Positions 62,322 to 64,000 of a stretch of DNA of 64,000 bases are shown piece by piece. Made by a program: the position numbers and the translations under genes. The DNA comes from Octopus sinensis (Eukaryota). Position 1 is the stretch's first letter. Every line of letters starts with the position of its first letter. A model generated the notes under the pieces. It was not told the origin of the DNA and ran no database searches. It was given only the letters and a program-made list of their open reading frames with translations. The stretch lies in the NCBI RefSeq assembly GCF_006345805.1, contig NC_042999.1, positions 161,572,001 to 161,636,000 on the forward strand, in the 5' to 3' direction.

Positions 62322-64000
62322 CACACAGGTCAACTCTGTTTTTTATTGCCAATGGTATTAGAGCAATTTTTGAGTAAATTTGAAGTGCTCGTTCCCAATA
62401 TGGCATCCATTTTACTAGATTGGCTGTAGTTTTAACACATACACACATTGCGCTAGACTTATGGCATATTTTATGCATGAAAAAATTAAAAATTACATGT
62501 GTGTGTCTTTGTGCAAACATAATCATACAAAAGAAAAAAATACACAAGAAGAAGTGTGCAGAACAATAAAAAAGAAGCAACTTTATTCCCATAATCACAC
62601 TGCATAGTTTGATTTTTTTTTTTTTTTTCATGGATTATCAAGATAATTTGCAGAAACTCGAATATAGACTGCCATCAATGTGTATTTCAATTCTACCTTG
62701 ATGACTTTCCAACATCACCTTTTTTTATCCTTATGGAATGAAGTTCCAATCTTCCTCTCTGAAATCACCATGATTCACTGGAAATCTGTCCGACATGCAT
62801 TAGAGACTACTTTTTGGCTCACATTAGCATCCAAACTTTGAAAGTTACTGAGCAATTTTTGTACCAATTCTTCATTGCTTTTTGCATTGAGGTTACTCCA
62901 GAAGTTCTTGACTAGTGAAAAATAACTGCACTAGGCTAAACTCTTTACTCTTTCACTTGTTTCAGTCATTTGACTGTGGCCATGCTGGAGCACCGCCTTT
63001 AGTTGAGCAACTCGACCCCGGGACTTATTCTTTGTAAGCCTAGTACTTATTCTATCGGTCTCTTATGCCGAACCGCTAAGTGACAGGGACATAAACACAC
63101 CAGCATCGGTTGTCAAGCAATGCTAGGGAGACAAACACAGACACACAAACACACACGCACACACATATATATATACATATATACGACGGGCTTCTTTCAG
63201 TTTCCGTCTACCAAATCCACTCACAAGGCTTTGGTCGGCCCGAGGCTATAGTAGAAGACACTTGCCCAAGGTGCCACGCAGTGGGACTGAACCCAGAACC
63301 ATGTGGTTGGTAAGCAAGCTACTTACCACACAGCCACTGCTGCGCCTCAATATTATAGTCTCAATATTATTCATAAGTTTTTGTAAAATTCAAATCTTTT
63401 GAGTTTACAATGTGAGAATCATCTTAGATGCTTGCTTTCAGTTTTTCAATATTCACTGCAGGGAATGGACTATCAATGTATTAGAAGTAATCAGTATGAT
63501 TGTCTAAAGTCTTAACAAATTATTTCATCAATCCAAGCTTGATATGGAGTGATGAGAGAATTATTTTTCTTAGTCAACAATTGCTTGTTAATGACATTTG
63601 CTGCATCTACAGTCACGTGTTGCCTAGAGATCCACATCACTTTTCTCCAATGATCTTGCTATGTTTAATTATTTTACAAGCAGATGAGACAAAAGTATTC
63701 CATGGATTCACTTTGTTGCACACCCAAGAAATTCAATATCTTTAGGTCATCACATATGAAAGCAGAGCTTCTGTAACACCATTTGGATATTTTTGAGATT
63801 TCATTAAGTTTTATTGAGTGAGCAATTGGAAAAATGTGCAATAATACAGATTTCAGGTTTCTGGTGGAACTATGTAGAAAAAGTTGTCTGTCTTCTGGAT
63901 TATAATCCTTTCAGTATTTCTATTGGGAAAAGAGTTCGGGAATGTCATTGTAATATGCAAATTCTGTCTTTGAGCCAAAGAAAGAGTTTCCACCTCTTGT
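62322..64000 (-). mobile_element. Decayed Chapaev/CMC-like DNA transposon (transposase remnant and 3' end)
   Basis: YYNDIPELF...RQLFLHSSTRNLKSVLLH; ICDDLKILNFLG; LHIKLGLMK*FVKTLD; EKLKASI; VKNFWSNLNAKSNEELVQKLL...DRFPVNHGDFREE...ESHQGR; CAC-type terminus at 62322. Family name from memory. Confidence 0.75.
62941..63347 (-). mobile_element. SINE family A inserted in the Chapaev-like element
   Basis: Match to family consensus. Confidence 0.88.

Noticed and set aside
62302-62631. 109-aa ORF or possible exon (WMPYWERAL...)
   Set aside because: Overlaps the subterminal sequence of the Chapaev-like element.

Overview
AT-rich, microsatellite- and transposon-dense eukaryotic DNA. The SINE/LINE repertoire suggests a cephalopod, probably Octopus (inference). 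No prokaryotic features, rRNA, bona fide tRNA or CRISPR were seen. Two convergent host genes are supported. The first is a plus-strand terminal coding exon (7023-7327). The second is a minus-strand gene of 9-10 exons (57532 to 25884, ~1266-1282 aa) that I rebuilt by hand with consistent intron phases. It has two giant low-complexity exons, a cryptic ~20-aa repeat, a probable GC-AG intron and a Lys-rich C-terminus. The rest is nested mobile DNA: five SINE-like families, RTE, R4/Dong, R2/NeSL-like and CR1 LINE remnants, non-autonomous Helitrons, piggyBac- and Charlie-type MITEs, and hAT, mariner and Chapaev-like transposase remnants. The most unusual signal is a set of type I hammerhead-ribozyme-like motifs (five loci, six copies, mostly decayed) in Penelope-like or retrozyme-like repeats. 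Most sit in (TA)n arrays and several are associated with near-perfect fold-back palindromes. A Dong-like LINE also shows a twin-priming-type 5' inversion. All family names come from motif recognition by eye, not database searches.
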